Positions 12,514 through 25,959 of a DNA stretch of 64,000 bases are shown one piece after another (positions within the stretch are counted from its first letter, which is position 1; the number at the start of each line of letters is the position of its first letter). Below the pieces are notes generated by a model. That model searched no databases. It was not told where the DNA came from and saw nothing but the letters and a program-made list of their open reading frames with translations. The position numbers were made by a program, and so were the translations under genes. Source of the DNA: Epiperipatus broadwayi (taxonomy: Eukaryota > Animalia > Onychophora). Location: assembly GCA_028023455.1 (NCBI GenBank), contig JAQFVV010000006.1, forward strand, positions 17,360,001 through 17,424,000. Reading direction: 5' to 3'.

Positions 12514-15500
12514 TTTTTTTTTTTATAAGCAAAAGGTGAGTGAGATAGTCTATCAATTAAGCAATTCATAAGATTAAGATTTAGTATAGCTGAATCCTTT
12601 GAGTAGAGTTCAATCAAGTTTTGATCTGGGATAGTGAGCTCCTGGACTTAGGATTTCTGTGGGTACAGACGGTTGAGATCGGTATGGTGATGTGATTAAA
12701 GCCTAAACTGTCCCCATGTCTGGTCCACCAACCAGGGTTGACCAGTGCATTTATCATCCTCTTTAAATTTACACAGGGTACTGAAGAAGAGTTTATCAAT
12801 GGGGTCGTCACAACCTTTATTGAATGTGACTCTACAGCTGACTGACCACATTGAAAAGTTTATAAACGTGGCAAAACGTATCAATGCAATGTTTCTTTTT
12901 TCGAATGCAGGCTTGAGCATGATGTAGGCAGGGTCTGAATTGTTGGTTCTATTCAGTGCTAGGTTACGTAGGTATGTCCACGATCCACAATAATCAAGAA
13001 TATGGACTCCTCCTGTTTCATACATAAAGGGCAGAGGGGGTCGATATTATATCCCCTTTGATAACAAAGGAAGGCTGCAGTAGGAAGAGCCCTCAGGTTG
13101 ACCTTCAGGAGAAAGTCAACAAACTTGGGACTTAGTTTGAGTAATTTTGTTATCTTTGAGAGTTGCGGTATTCCAATTGGAAGTACATTACCGGTTTTGG
13201 TTTTGCCCTCTGAAACCAATTGGTAGACTTGCCAGTAGGATAGTTTATTTTGGAATAGTGAACTCGATGTTCTAAAGTTTTGAACAGTGATAGACACTTG
13301 ATGTTGGATCCAAAGTTTACGCAGCTTAGGAGGGGGCCGATCGGTAGGATCCACCTCTATTGGGAAAGGGCATTCCATCTCTAGGTTATCTTTGAAGATC
13401 TTATAGAGAACGTTATGGGTTCTTTGGAGATAGAAGACTTTGAGAGAATGGAGTCCGAGGCCATTGAGGAGTTTTGGTTTTTGAAGCACATTCAGACTGA
13501 TGACAGGAGCTTTGCTCCCCCAGCACAATCTCCTGCATAGGGTTTCGATTCGTTTGGTAAATCTAATTGTTGGGGAGAAACTGGCCAAGTAATATAAAAT
13601 TTTGGGTAAAACCACTGAATTTAGGAGGGCTACCTTCCCAAACAGAGAAAGATAAACCTTGGATAATGAAGTAATTAAGCCTTCAATCTTGTTGATTAGG
13701 GAATTTTCCAGATCTCTCCTCATGATGGAAGGGGGAGAGGCCAGATGGAACCCAAGAAATTTTTGGGGGGAGGCCTCAAACCAGCCAGAGATCTTCTTGC
13801 CAGTGAGGATTGTCCAGATAGCCGACTTATCTCTGTTAATGCTGAGACCGAATTCGCTTGCAAACTGGTCCAAGAGTTTCCTGAGCCCCACCAACTCACT
13901 CTGGGATGAAAGGAATACTACCACATCATCCATATATGAGATGTGGCGTATGTTCTCCTTCAGCATAGGTATTGCAATTCCAGGGAAAGAAGCCTCTATG
14001 CATAACAGCAGCGGGTTGATGTAGGCAGCAAAGAGGAGAGCACTCAGAGGTGAGCCCTGTGGGATGGAAATACAGGGCCGAAATCCTGGGGCAACTCTGC
14101 CATCCAAAGAGAGAAATATTTCATGATTTTGCAGGAGGTTCTCTATCATTTGGAGGTAAGCTGCAGGTACTTGGAGCCCCTCCAATACACTGAGTAACAC
14201 ATCGATCTTGACACAGTCAAAGGCCCCAGCAAAGTCGAGTTGAATTGCGACTGGCCTGGGGTTTCTTTTTCTATGAACATAGTCAACCAGAAGACGAAAT
14301 CGGCTGACGGCATCGGCAGTCGAGCTCCCTCTCTTGGCAAATTGATAAGATGAAAGATGACTAATGATGTTATCTTGTATATCCTCTTTGATGAGACTTT
14401 CTATTGACTTGGTCAGTAAAGGAAGCATTGAGATCGGACGGAGATTTTCCAAATCATGTGGTGCCTCCCACTTTTTGATAAGAGGAACCATGGCGATTGG
14501 ACAAACCCCATCAATCTCTCTGCAGTCATCTGCCAGAAGATCCACCATTCTCTTGACTATAGGGATCGTGAAAGATCGAAGATGAAGCAGTAAAAACTTA
14601 GGAATGCCATGCAGGCCAGGATGCGTTCTGTCAGGCATGGACTTGAGTTTTAGAAGAATTCTGGCCTCGGTGATTTTGTGAGTGGCAGAACTTTCTGTGA
14701 TAAATTTTTTACGCAAGTTTGACACACCAAAGGGTTGGAATTTCCTGCAGTAGTGTTCACGAATCCTGGCCAACATGGATGTTCCTGCAAAGCTGTTGCC
14801 CTGTACCTCGATCGATCTTGGGGCCTTGGACTTTTTGCCATATCCAAGGGCCCATCTGAGATAGCCCCTGGTCCAGCAATGTTGATGGTGAATGTATTGA
14901 TGGGCCCTTTTGACTGAGAGATATTCAGCAACTGCTCTCTGTAAGAATCTGTATTTAGCCTTTAGTATTAGGATGTTTGGGATATTCTGAGCTACATCGG
15001 GGAGTTGTTTTAATTCTCTGGAAATTGAGTCCAGCTCACTAAGCATCTGAATTGGACCCTTGGATTCACTAGTGCATCGGTTAATCAGGTCTGTTAATGA
15101 ATTGACAAAGACACTCCAGGCAATATGTGCAGGGAGAGAAAGAAGTTGCACCCTATTGAAAGTGATGTAGGATTCTGATATTAATTGAATTGTGATGTTG
15201 TATTTAGTGAGCATCCTGATGGTCCGAGGCATATCAATTGCTGTTTGAGTGATAGTACTGGGATTGATTCTTACCTCTAAAGCAAAGTGGTCTGATAGAA
15301 CAGTTGGCCAGAGATGGGCCTCCAGGATGGAGGAGAGAGATGGAGAGAAGAATGTAAGATCTATTAATGAAGAAGTTGTTCTGGTATAAAAAGAGAACGC
15401 TGATTGGGGAAAAAATTTTCTACCACTAATCAAGGGTTGAGTCAAGCACCGAAGGAACTTTGATTGAAATAGTTCATATGAGTGGTTAAAGTCCCCAATA

Positions 15501-16065
15501 ATCATCGTTGGTAGAGGACTTGTCCTGAGAGTGGAATTAATTATATGAATTACACTATGAACAAGTTGTGAATTTTTTGACAAATAAACATTCACTAAAT
15601 TTAAGGACCATCCTCCAAATTGTACTATGGCAATAAGGCAATTGGAATCGATATGTAGAATCTTGAAAAGAGATATTAAGGATCCTTTATTAATAACTAT
15701 GGCAACTCCCCCAGAAGCTGAGGTAGAGTAGCTGTAATGGAAGTAACCCAAACTGTGAATAAGGCATCAAAACTTGAGAGTCTGATTTCACATGTAGCTT
15801 TGTCTCACAAAGGCAGAGAATGTCCGGGCCAGAACGATGGAACCAATGTGCTAGAGCATGGGCTCTGTCACGGGAGTTCAGACCTCATACATTGATAGAG
15901 ACTATGTTAAACAGGAATGATCTGATCGACTTCCCCATCCTTGGGAGGCCTGATCTTATTAGAACTGAATTTGTTCAGATCAGGGTTCTCTCCAGAGTGC
16001 GGAGAGACCACACATGCTTGGTCCAACTGTGATTCATCCCCAACCAATGCTGAGAAGGGTTCTTT
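12514..16065 (-). mobile_element. L1/Tx1-clade non-LTR retrotransposon, 5'-truncated (little or no ORF1)
   Basis: GC-rich block carrying APE + RT + CCHC ORF2; probable poly(A) at 12514-12524; no clear TSD; 5' boundary approximate. Confidence 0.9.
12696..15938 (-). pseudogene. ORF2 of L1/Tx1 LINE: APE endonuclease, reverse transcriptase, C-terminal CCHC; about 1080 codons with three lesions
   Basis: ATG at 15938: MGKSIRSFLFNIVSINV*GLNSRDR...DILCLCETK (TGA at 15887-15885; frameshift near 15750). The 930-aa ORF has GDFN, SDH, LRPISML, QLDFAGAFD, PQGSPLS and YMDD. A frameshift near 13005 separates CPLC from HILDYC in ORF 12696..13025. Confidence 0.92.
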
Positions 16066-17252
16066 TGAATTTTTATGATCCTTAACAAGACTTTATTATT
16101 TTAAAATGCTTTTGAAAATTACTCAAGTAACTATTTTTATTTAATCATTAATATATATATAAACACTGAATTGAATTTATTAGTATACATACATATAATT
16201 TTCATTTTACCATGTCCACTTTAATCACCAAATAAAGACAACACTAAAAGCAATCATTTTGAAATAATTAGTAATAATCATTAAGCTGAAAAGAATGATG
16301 ACATAGTTATATGCGCAATGAGATTGATAAATTGTAATAATGAAATAAATTAATCTATACACCAATTCGAAAGTAAAATTCAAGTCATAACCCATTTTAT
16401 CAAACAGACGAAAATTTATGATCCATATTACTATTTTTTTTTTTTTTTTTGAAGTTTATTATTTTTTCTTACGGGGAAGAAAAGAAGTTTTCCTTGCTAC
16501 ATCTCACATTTTTTAAAACAAAAAAATAAAAAGAATTGGAAGGTGTTACTCTAAATTGGCTGACATGAAGGTTACAACAGTTTTTTAAAGTAAATTTTGT
16601 TAAAGACAAAAAACAAAATAATGGTAAATTAATTGTCTCATTTTTATTTTTGGATTTAATAAATAAATTTATAATAGATAAATTTGTGTTTTAAAAACAT
16701 GGGCTAGTGTTTTATTGAATTATTAATAATAATAATAATAAAATCTTTAATCCAAGAAGTCTCAGGAACCAAAGATTCTGGATATTGATCCAGAACCTTT
16801 CAATGGTAACTCCACCTGCATTTGAAATTGGACCTTTCAGCTGTTCATTTAATTTTAGCAATCTTTATAGATAGATTCAATTAAATTTTCAACTTTAATT
16901 GGTTAATTATAACAGGAAAGTAAAAATATTAAAATTAATGAAATTATATTTGTTTTAACTCAGTTTTTAAAACACAAATTAATTATTGCTCAGATTATTT
17001 AAAGCTAACTAAATTTTATTTAAAATTTAAATTTCTATTTATAATTTTTGTAGAAATGACAAAAACTAATCAGCTACAACATGAAACCCTTACAAGTTGT
17101 GGTTGTACATTAGTGATTTTTTTGACTTCTAAGAATAAATATTTTCTAATAAAATTTGAATTTAATAATATTCTTCTTCTAAAATAATAAATATGTAAAC
17201 AAACTACAGAAAATATGTTTTCATTTTCAAAATTGAAACAAAGAAATATAGT

Positions 17253-18110
17253 TGTGATGTAATGAGTTGTATTGTGGCTTCTCCTTAAATGAAGTCAAGA
17301 ATATCTAAGCAATTATGCCCAGATAAACCTGTTAGCCTATTAATTTTCCATTCACCACTCTAAGTTTTCCCGTATTCTGCTTCATCCCATTTCCACAACA
17401 TAATCTTTGTCAACTCTATAGCCTTAATATCTAACTCCCCCATATCTTTTCCCAAACCCAGCATAAAAACCAATAATTCACTTTCTGTATAATCACTTTT
17501 TTCATATTTATTTTTTCCTAACTTCATTATATGTACCCTTTCTGTTTTCAAACATTTACATTCAATTAACAAATGCCTAATATTTTCTATTTCCTTCCTT
17601 ACATAATTCACAAAATAAATCACCCATATTTTTCCATTTACATGGGTGTATATTCTCTTGTTGCTAAAGTTCCTGTTCAAGCCTTAAACAATAAACTACT
17701 TTTTTTACTATTGTCATATATTAACTCGCACCTAATATTCTGTTTATTTCTATTTATATTTAAACTCTTTTTACTCTCCATACTAGTTCTCCATCTCTCT
17801 AACTCCCTATTCTTTACTAATAAATCTATTCTTTTATCCCATTCCTTACCATTATAACACTCAACAATTCTCCTAATACAATCATCCCATCTTTTGTACA
17901 AATATACTGATATCTTTATCCAAATCTTTTGCATACCGCATTACCTTTCTCACCCATCTTGTTACCTGTCCTTTACTCATAACCCATTTAAATACTATTT
18001 TGGCTATTCTTTTATTATCCATAAACTGCAAAATCAACTCCCATATAAAAAACAAGAAATTACCAATCAGTATTGCTGTGGGCTGTGTTTCAGCTCATTT
18101 ATAATAGCTT
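17253..18110 (-). mobile_element. (CATCA)n-tailed LINE family, 5'-truncated copy (C-terminus with CCHC remnant plus 3' tail)
   Basis: ORFs 17677..17934 (SSLLFKA) and 17360..17680 (ENIRHLLIECKCL) match the 26-30 kb copies; same 3' tail. Confidence 0.85.
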
Positions 18111-19734
18111 TAATATATTGATTTATTATACAGTTATTTTTTTTTACCCCAAAATGAACCAAAATCGGCAGAATAATGTTGAAAATAACCAAAAGAGAGT
18201 GAGTTGTAACCGAAGAATGCAAGATTACATTCCTTATATTTGAAAAGTTAAAGATTTATATTTACCTATGTGGTTATAATTTTTATAATAAGTTATAAGT
18301 TAAAGTATTGATTTCTGTTCTTTAATAATACTTCGAAATTGATTTCTGTTCTCATCTTTAATTTATTGTCTGTATTATTTATTACTGTCCCCAAAGTAAT
18401 ATGTTGAAAATATCTTTAAATATTTCAAATATGTTATTCATTATTAATAGATTTTATTGGGAACAGATTTGTTTATCAATAGTAATGCATTGTATATGTA
18501 TTTAAATTGTTTATTATTTTTGCTGAATACATTTTTATTGATTTTAGTACATATTTTCTGTGCATGATTGTTAAGAAAAATTATAAAATATATATATAAA
18601 ATGAAAAGTAATCCATTCCTAATATATTTACTTATTTTGAGAAAGGGATTTCAAAATCTATATGCAAAATATGATATATAGTGGATAGAAAGATGAATTA
18701 TACTTTACCAAAACTGAGATAATGGTTATTTTAATTAAGATGCTTTAATTGAGTGTGTGGGGTATTGTTTTCTATTCAAAGGTAATATGGACTGATATTT
18801 CTTATAAAATGTATCAGCAGTGGATAGATATTAAGAACTAGTCTTTAAAATAAAAATCCAGAATGGATTGTGTTATGTTCGGAGATTTGCAAAATGAACA
18901 TAATTTTGCTGTCATTTGAGAATTAAAGCTTTCTCTCAGCTTGTCTTTCGGAATGTCCAAACATGACATGAATTTGTTATCGACAGACCATTCATTTATT
19001 TAACACTATATAATTAATAAAAGTTGGATCTGGGTTGTTGACCTTGTGATATCCTTCTAATGATAATGTTCCAATTATATATGTACATGGATTGTCAAAA
19101 TGATTTTACCCATGAGTTATTAATGATAATACAAATATTGTGTGTATCTTTGATCACCTTAATAGTATCTCTGTCAACAAGAGTGAAACACATTGCATTG
19201 GATATGTGGTTTATTTTCTTAGTCATTTCTTTTTAAGTATCAAAAATTAATTAATTTGGTTCTCTGACTTTAAAGGGGGGTGGGGGTGGATTGGACATAG
19301 TAACTAATAGTAAGTAATCTTTGAAGGATTAGATGAATGATCAACCACAAATAAAAAGAAGAATCCATATAAATATTTCACCTAAATGCAACAGTGAATA
19401 AATTAAAATTAGCCGTGTAAACTTCAAGGAGAGGAGTGATAATAGTGAAAATAAAATTTGTTAAATTATTATTTATTTGTTTGTTTTAACCATAATGATA
19501 AATAATCAGGGTTAGAAATAAAAAATGGACTTGCTTTTCTTGCTCTTTTACTTTTGGATTACCATTAAGCTCATTAAACTGCTTTTTTTTTTGTTAATTC
19601 ATGATCACCTAACTGTTATCCTGATCTTAAGAAACTGAAGTGCCATTGGGCTGAACTTATTGCCTAGAAAATATAATTGTAGACAGGCAGTTGAAACCTT
19701 AAACTGAATTCCAAAAAATTGTGAAAAACTTAGA

Positions 19735-19880
19735 AAGAGACTATATGTAAGATAGATGGATGAAAAAGTGTGCTGGTGTGATGTAGAGAAGAGAGGCTAG
19801 AGATCTGAGAAGATGGATTGAAGTTGAAGAGATCTTCATTCTGTAGTGGATGACTAATAGTTGAAAATTATGATCTTGAT
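19735..19880 (+). mobile_element. RTE-BovB-like 3' fragment
   Basis: gatggatgaaaaagtgtgctgg...gagaagatggattgaa...ttcattctgtagtgga matches the RTE 3' end. Confidence 0.65.
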
Positions 19881-20687
19881 CTTCATTATCTTTACTGATC
19901 CTCTTGTCTTTCCTTTCTGTACTTTGTCATACTCCTTTTGCCTCCAGCCAAATTTTAAATATTTTAGTTGCATCTAATTATTTTGCTCTTTATTCTAGTA
20001 ACAGTTTCAATTGGCATAGTGTTAATTGCAACAGATTATCAGAATACTTTTAAGCTTTAAGTCGTTGGTAAATTATATCCAGAAATTCAGGATGCATTTA
20101 ATCATCTAATACAAGTTGGAATGAACCCATTCAGATAATACTTTTTTTTTCCAATGAAATATTTTTCTTCCACTGTTTTTTTTTTTTTTTGCATTGTATA
20201 TATTATTTCTAAGTAGCAATAATTTTTAAATATTCCCTTATAATTTAATACTCTTTATGAATTTCACCAACTAATAATTTTGACTGTTCAACAGTTTTTC
20301 TCAAATAAAGCATTGAGTAAGTACTGGATTGAAGAATTTAATAATGATATTGCATTTATTGGGTGCATATAGTGATTTAAAAATAATTAAAATTAATTTC
20401 AACTTGTGTAGTATCAGAACATATGAACTGGAAAATTATACTTCCAATCTACTAATAGCAATAAGTTCATATCATTGAAAATGGAAACAATCTAATTGGT
20501 TTATATGTTGATTCTGCCATTTTTAAATTTTTCAAAAATAAATTGTTACGCAGCTTAGCCATTGGTGTTTATGTATATAAAAGTTATCCAATCTGCAGCT
20601 ATTGATAGTACGTTTTTATGGGAAAGTAAGTGTTTTAAATAGCTAGAATTAAAATATATATTGTATTGATATATCTGCAGTGTAATT

Positions 20688-21310
20688 TTCTCTACACCAT
20701 TCTCACGTAAGGTACAGACTGTTTTCTATCCACTTCTAACACTTTGTGGAGGGGAGTAATCATAAACATATGACCAAAGATGTCTGATCCCCAAGATGCA
20801 AATATATCCCTCCACAAAGTGTTAAAAATGGATAGAAACCAGTATTTTCACGAGAATTGTATAGTGAAAATTACATTATAGAAATATTATTCATTAAGTG
20901 GATAATCTCATAGTCTAATTTGAAAGACTAATAAAAAGTATTAATATACTTCTATTAAGTGGTTTTTATCAAAACAGCAAGTTTGACACATCATTTAAAC
21001 TTGCAACTGAATTTGTATATATACTGAACAATAATAAAGATATGTGTAAGAGATTGTGATGTAGGCCAACAATTGAGTGCTGGTTCAAGATTAAATGTGC
21101 ATCTTGGGAATCACATCTTTCTCGTATGTTTTTAGACATATGTTTATGATTATAACCCTCCACAAGGTGTTAAAGCGGACAGAAACCAATTCCTCACCTT
21201 ATGTGAGAGTGATGTAGTGAAAATCATACTATAGAAATAAATGCATTAAATGGCTAATATAAATTTAGTCTAACGAATAGCTAATAAAAATTATTAGTAT
21301 ACAGTATTAT
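20688..21310 (+). mobile_element. HHR-bearing repeat, family B: about 1.45 tandem units (period about 348 nt) preceded by an inverted fragment
   Basis: Direct repeat ccctccacaa at 20808 and 21156; decayed HHR ggccaa-caattga-gtgctggttcaagat-taaa-tgtgcat-c-ttggg at 21064-21108; 20688-20805 is the inverted copy. Confidence 0.75.
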
Positions 21311-21759
21311 TCATTTTTTCCACAGTTTGTTTAATTTTGTATGCATGTTGTTTTTTTTTTTTTAAAGATAGTGAGCCTAATGGCTTCAAATATAACATTA
21401 TTTTTTAATATCAAAAAGAATCAGCATAATTCCGCCTTATCTTTAAGAGTAACATTGATTATTTCAGAGGATGTCAATTTAAAAAAAATATTTTGTAAGA
21501 CACTCCATATTGAAGTTAGAATATCATGTTATTAAGGATAGGATATTTGTGCAAAAAAACCCAGTTATATACTAAACATGAGAAATTTTCCAAATTATTT
21601 TTTCATGCCAATAAAGTTATTTGCTTTCAGTCACATAAAATGGAATTTCATTTGTCTCATTTTTGGTCTTCTTTTTAATCAGAGCATCCAGCTCTTGTTC
21701 TAACAATAAGATTTGTGATTGAAATAGGTATTTTATTATCAAAAATCCATACCCTTCAG

Positions 21760-22900
21760 CTGTGTCATTATCTACATTGATTTATTTATCAAAATTTTTA
21801 CTTATACAGCATTTCAGACAAAATCATATATGTTTTGTGTGTATTCCAAAATATTGCAATTTTTAATCCAACATCTTCGAAAAACTCTATTAGTCTTTCA
21901 AGTCCAAATTTAATTTCATTTTTTTTATTTTATCCATAGCCTCTCTTCTCCACATAACATCAGCAAACTTTTTTATTTTATCCATCCATTTTACATGTTG
22001 TGGCTTTCTAGATCTCATACAATCTCTTGTAATTCAATTTAAAACTTTCAACTGTTCATTTCTTATTATTTTTTCTAGCAATAGGACCAGCCCAAATCGA
22101 CAGATACCTTTTTGTTCTTTCACTCATATATTTTATTTATAATTTTTCCATACTTTACTGAGTAGTTGGAAGTCTCTGTTTTAATTATTCCTCTGTTAAA
22201 TGTATAAATCTCAGATTCAGAAGTAAGAAGTGAAAAAGCATATATACTAAGAATTTTTTTTTTCACCTTCAAATAGGTACATTTTCTTTTAATACTAAGT
22301 TATTTCTACCAAAAACTTTCCATCCAAATTTGATTCTATAATTGATTTTGTTCATTATATTTCCATCTTTATTAATAATTTGACCAAAGTATTTGGAATT
22401 GTCTTGAATTTTATCTTATTTATTATTATCAGTTCCTATTTTCTTTCTTTCTTTTTTTTTTTTTAAAAAAAAAATCTTTAGTCTTTTTAGTGTTTATCTT
22501 TAGTTCTACTTTTTACTTTCATTTGATAATTCTTGCAACGTTTCCTGAAGTTCTAAAGCATTATTTGCAAAAACATCTACATCATTTTCCAAATCTAGAT
22601 GACTTAAATAATCTTTATTTACTTACCTTCTCATTTCAATCCACAAAGTACTTATTATAGAATATTTTGAGATATAAAATGACTTTGTCATACATCCTTA
22701 TCACTGTTAATCTTCTTAGTATCCCATGTAATCTAATCACTGCTGTTGCATTTTGATAAATATTCTTCAGAATATGACTATTCACCTGGTGTATGTTTAG
22801 ATTATCCAAAGGTTTAATCCACATGGAAAAGCTAATTGAATCAAATGCAGCTTCATAATCTAAAAATCCAAGACGTAGTGGCAATTCATATCATAGATTC
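21760..22900 (-). mobile_element. RTE-BovB-like LINE, degraded RT / C-terminal fragment
   Basis: ORF 22636..22884 (GFLDYEAAFD...ILKNIYQNATA) is homologous to 37895..38416; downstream KYFG and WAG remnants. Confidence 0.75.
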
Positions 22901-24031
22901 TTTCTATAATTTCTCTGAATACTTGGATCTAATCAAATATATCAAGTCCACTATATATATAATATTTTATATTTTTAAAAATAAAATTAATATATATATA
23001 TTTTCAAAATGAAATCTTATAATTATCAAGTTTGTTTTGAAAAAAGACAACATCAGACTACCATAAATAAATCTATTGAATTATTTTTGTCTTTATAAAG
23101 CTTTTAGTTAAATTAAAATTTTAACACTTAACAGTCTGAAATGGCAGCCAACTGTAGAAAATAAAGATTAGCAATTTATAAATTGACTTTTCTTTGCAAA
23201 TAAAATTACAATATTCATTAGCATCCTTAGCGAATTCGTTTCTCATTTTAGATGTTCACGAAGAAAATTACTTAACACCTGCTTCATCTAATTTTGTCTG
23301 CACATACCTATGTATACATATAAAGCTAAAATAGCTTTTTAAAAATAGCACACTGCAGGGCAAAGGGCTTTTCAACGGTTTCTCTTATAGGAACACTGAA
23401 GGAGAAAGCATTAATCACCGGCCTTGACAATTGCTAGGTAGCGAGGGTTTGAGCAATTACTTTACTCTGAATTTCAGAATAGCTGGATGCCATTTACCGA
23501 CAAATATTGAACGGTTAACTGGATTAGTTAGGGGCTGCTTATCTGGAAATAAATTCTAAGTTTGATTGCAACTTGAAAAATGTTTTACTCCGTCTGTATT
23601 CGAATATGAGACAGTTGTATATACTTGTAATATGTGTGTGAAATGAAAATAGTAAAGCTTTAATTATATATTAGATTATAATTAAAAAAAAAAAAACAAT
23701 TTTATCATTATTAGGAAACAAAATTAAATATTTGAAGTGTTAAATGTATTATTATTTTTATCTGGCGGGAGGGGGGGGGTATTAAAATGAGAATAGTTTA
23801 TCGTTTATTGTTTTTTTTTTTATAACCGTTATCAGCTTTAAACAATTTACATAAATGTTTTATTTTCTACCAAAAACTACTACATCATAAATGTAAATTA
23901 TTTTATCACCTTAAAAATATATTTGTACTGTCAATTCGAGATAAAGAATTTCAGTTGATAATGGTATATATTAGCATACACAAGCATTTGTTTGCCATTC
24001 ATTTCAAGATTTAAAAGTAAGATAAAGATAA

Positions 24032-24062
24032 GACATTAAACCCTAGATCAGGGTTTAATGTC
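24032..24062. other. Perfect 13-bp inverted repeat with 5-nt loop
   Basis: gacattaaaccct-agatc-agggtttaatgtc. Confidence 0.9.
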
Positions 24063-25294
24063 AGCAGCGCCAGCTAGAAAGAGAAGAGGATTATTTATCA
24101 TTTGAAAGTCTGAGGTACTTAACATGGCCTCTTCAAAGGCGAAGGATTACAACTGACAATATTTAAAGCCAGCTATTGGGTGCTATGTTGGAGCCATCAT
24201 TCAAAGATTTTGACACTTCCCCTCTTAAATTGTAACAAAGAAATGGTTCTCTAATCCTCAAGAAAGGTTTTTACATTGGTGTTCATTTGAGAATCCTAGG
24301 AATAAATGACTTGATAAGAGCATTTTCAATCAGTCACTTACCACACTGAAAGAGAGAATCCTTGAAAGTAATATATATATAAGGGAGGAGAAAAAGAAGC
24401 CAAACAATTGTCAATAAATCCATATAAAAGGGCTAAAAGAGAAATTGCTAGATCAATAGATTCTTGAAACGAAATAAAAAAAAAATTGATAGCTATCTTA
24501 TAAATAAATCCCCCCCCCCCATATTTGAATTTTTGTATATATAAATTTTGTTATCTTTAAAATGATGCCCCTACTTTGACAGTTGTGCCTATGCTTATTA
24601 AATGTTTGCATTTAAATGTATTGTGTAACTGGATTTTATCAATTAATTAAAAACAAAAAAAAATCATTATTATTAGTGAACTTAGAACTCGTATTTAATA
24701 AACTATATATCTGTGCATTAAAAAAGATAGCAGAATAAAGCAGTGTTTATGTATCCCACTGCGAAAGCCGTTCTTTTCAACATCCCCCATAGAGGAGCGA
24801 TGATGAAGTCATTACTGGCCAGACTACTCTATTGCTGGGCAATAAAAATCTGATCAAATTTTTAATCATTGTTTTAACCTTTAGTTTTGAATAACTATCC
24901 GTTTATAAGCAAATATGATTGACTATATATTATCTACCTCCCCCCATCCTAATGCTGATTGGAACTTGGAAGTTTTACTCATCCAGATTCAAATCCATGC
25001 CAATAATATGGAGACAGCAATGGAGTAAAATTATCTAAAGATTAAAATAATGTTAGCATATAAAATATTATATTCACCGAGACCATTGGTGTGAAATGCA
25101 TTGATTATCATAACAAAGTATATTATTTTGTTTATTTATGGGTGTACTTGTTTCCACCAACTCTTTTAATATAAAATATAATACTCGGGAGCAAATTTTT
25201 CTTTTTTTCTATTCCAGGTCTGATTTTTTTTATAAGCTTTTTTTTTTTTTTTTGCTTCAAACTATTTAACTAAAGGTATATTTAGTGTAATCGC

Positions 25295-25445
25295 ACACTG
25301 GATTCCAAGAGATTGTAAAAGGCGTAGAAAGAGATCACATAAACAAGTGTGTGGGAGCGATGTGGATTCGGAGAAGATGGATTGAATTCGGAGAGAGCAT
25401 CACCCTGCAATGGATGGATAATGGTTGAAAATGATGATGATGTTA
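25295..25445 (+). mobile_element. RTE-BovB-like 3' fragment with (GAT)n tail
   Basis: tggattccaagagattgtaaaag...cctgcaatggat...gatgatgatg, as at 1575. Confidence 0.75.
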
Positions 25446-25959
25446 TTTAGTATATATTTATTTATTTGCAGGTACAGTGGCGTCTTTAAATTTTCACAGC
25501 TGCCAGACTTATTTTATTGGGAATTATAATATATTAATTAATATTTTGTATTTAATCTTGTATTTGTATTCGTTTAAAAATAGTAATAATAAATACAGTA
25601 ACAGTAAATGAAATACTGTATGCAGTATTTGAAAGTAAAATTAAAGGGAAAAACCCAATAAAGTATCTAATTTAAGAAGAACCAGGATTTTTTTTGTATT
25701 TTTTTTTTTATCTTTCAAATAGCTGTACATGATTCTTGATTTCAGTATCCTCCCTAAAAAAAGCAGCAACAATGGGGAAATAACTCGTAATCCTAATTTT
25801 TCCATTTTTTTTTATTGCAATTGATTCTTTAAAAAAAAAAAAAAACTTTAATTTTTATATCTTGCAAATCATTATCAAAATAAATGGAGAAGAGGCAGGC
25901 AAATTGTTAACTGGATGATTTTCTGCTCTGTGATATCATAGGGTACTATGATGGCACCA

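Noticed and set aside
12490-12530. Sequence-specific targeting by the Tx1-like element
   Set aside because: Flanks are not tRNA, snRNA, rDNA or microsatellite, and no TSD was found
13659-16032. Plus-strand ORFs overlapping the L1 (13659..14024, 14364..14585, 15820..16032 and others)
   Set aside because: Antisense shadows of a GC-rich coding region
24800-24853. C/D-box snoRNA-like ATGATGA...CTGA
   Set aside because: Too short and no terminal stem
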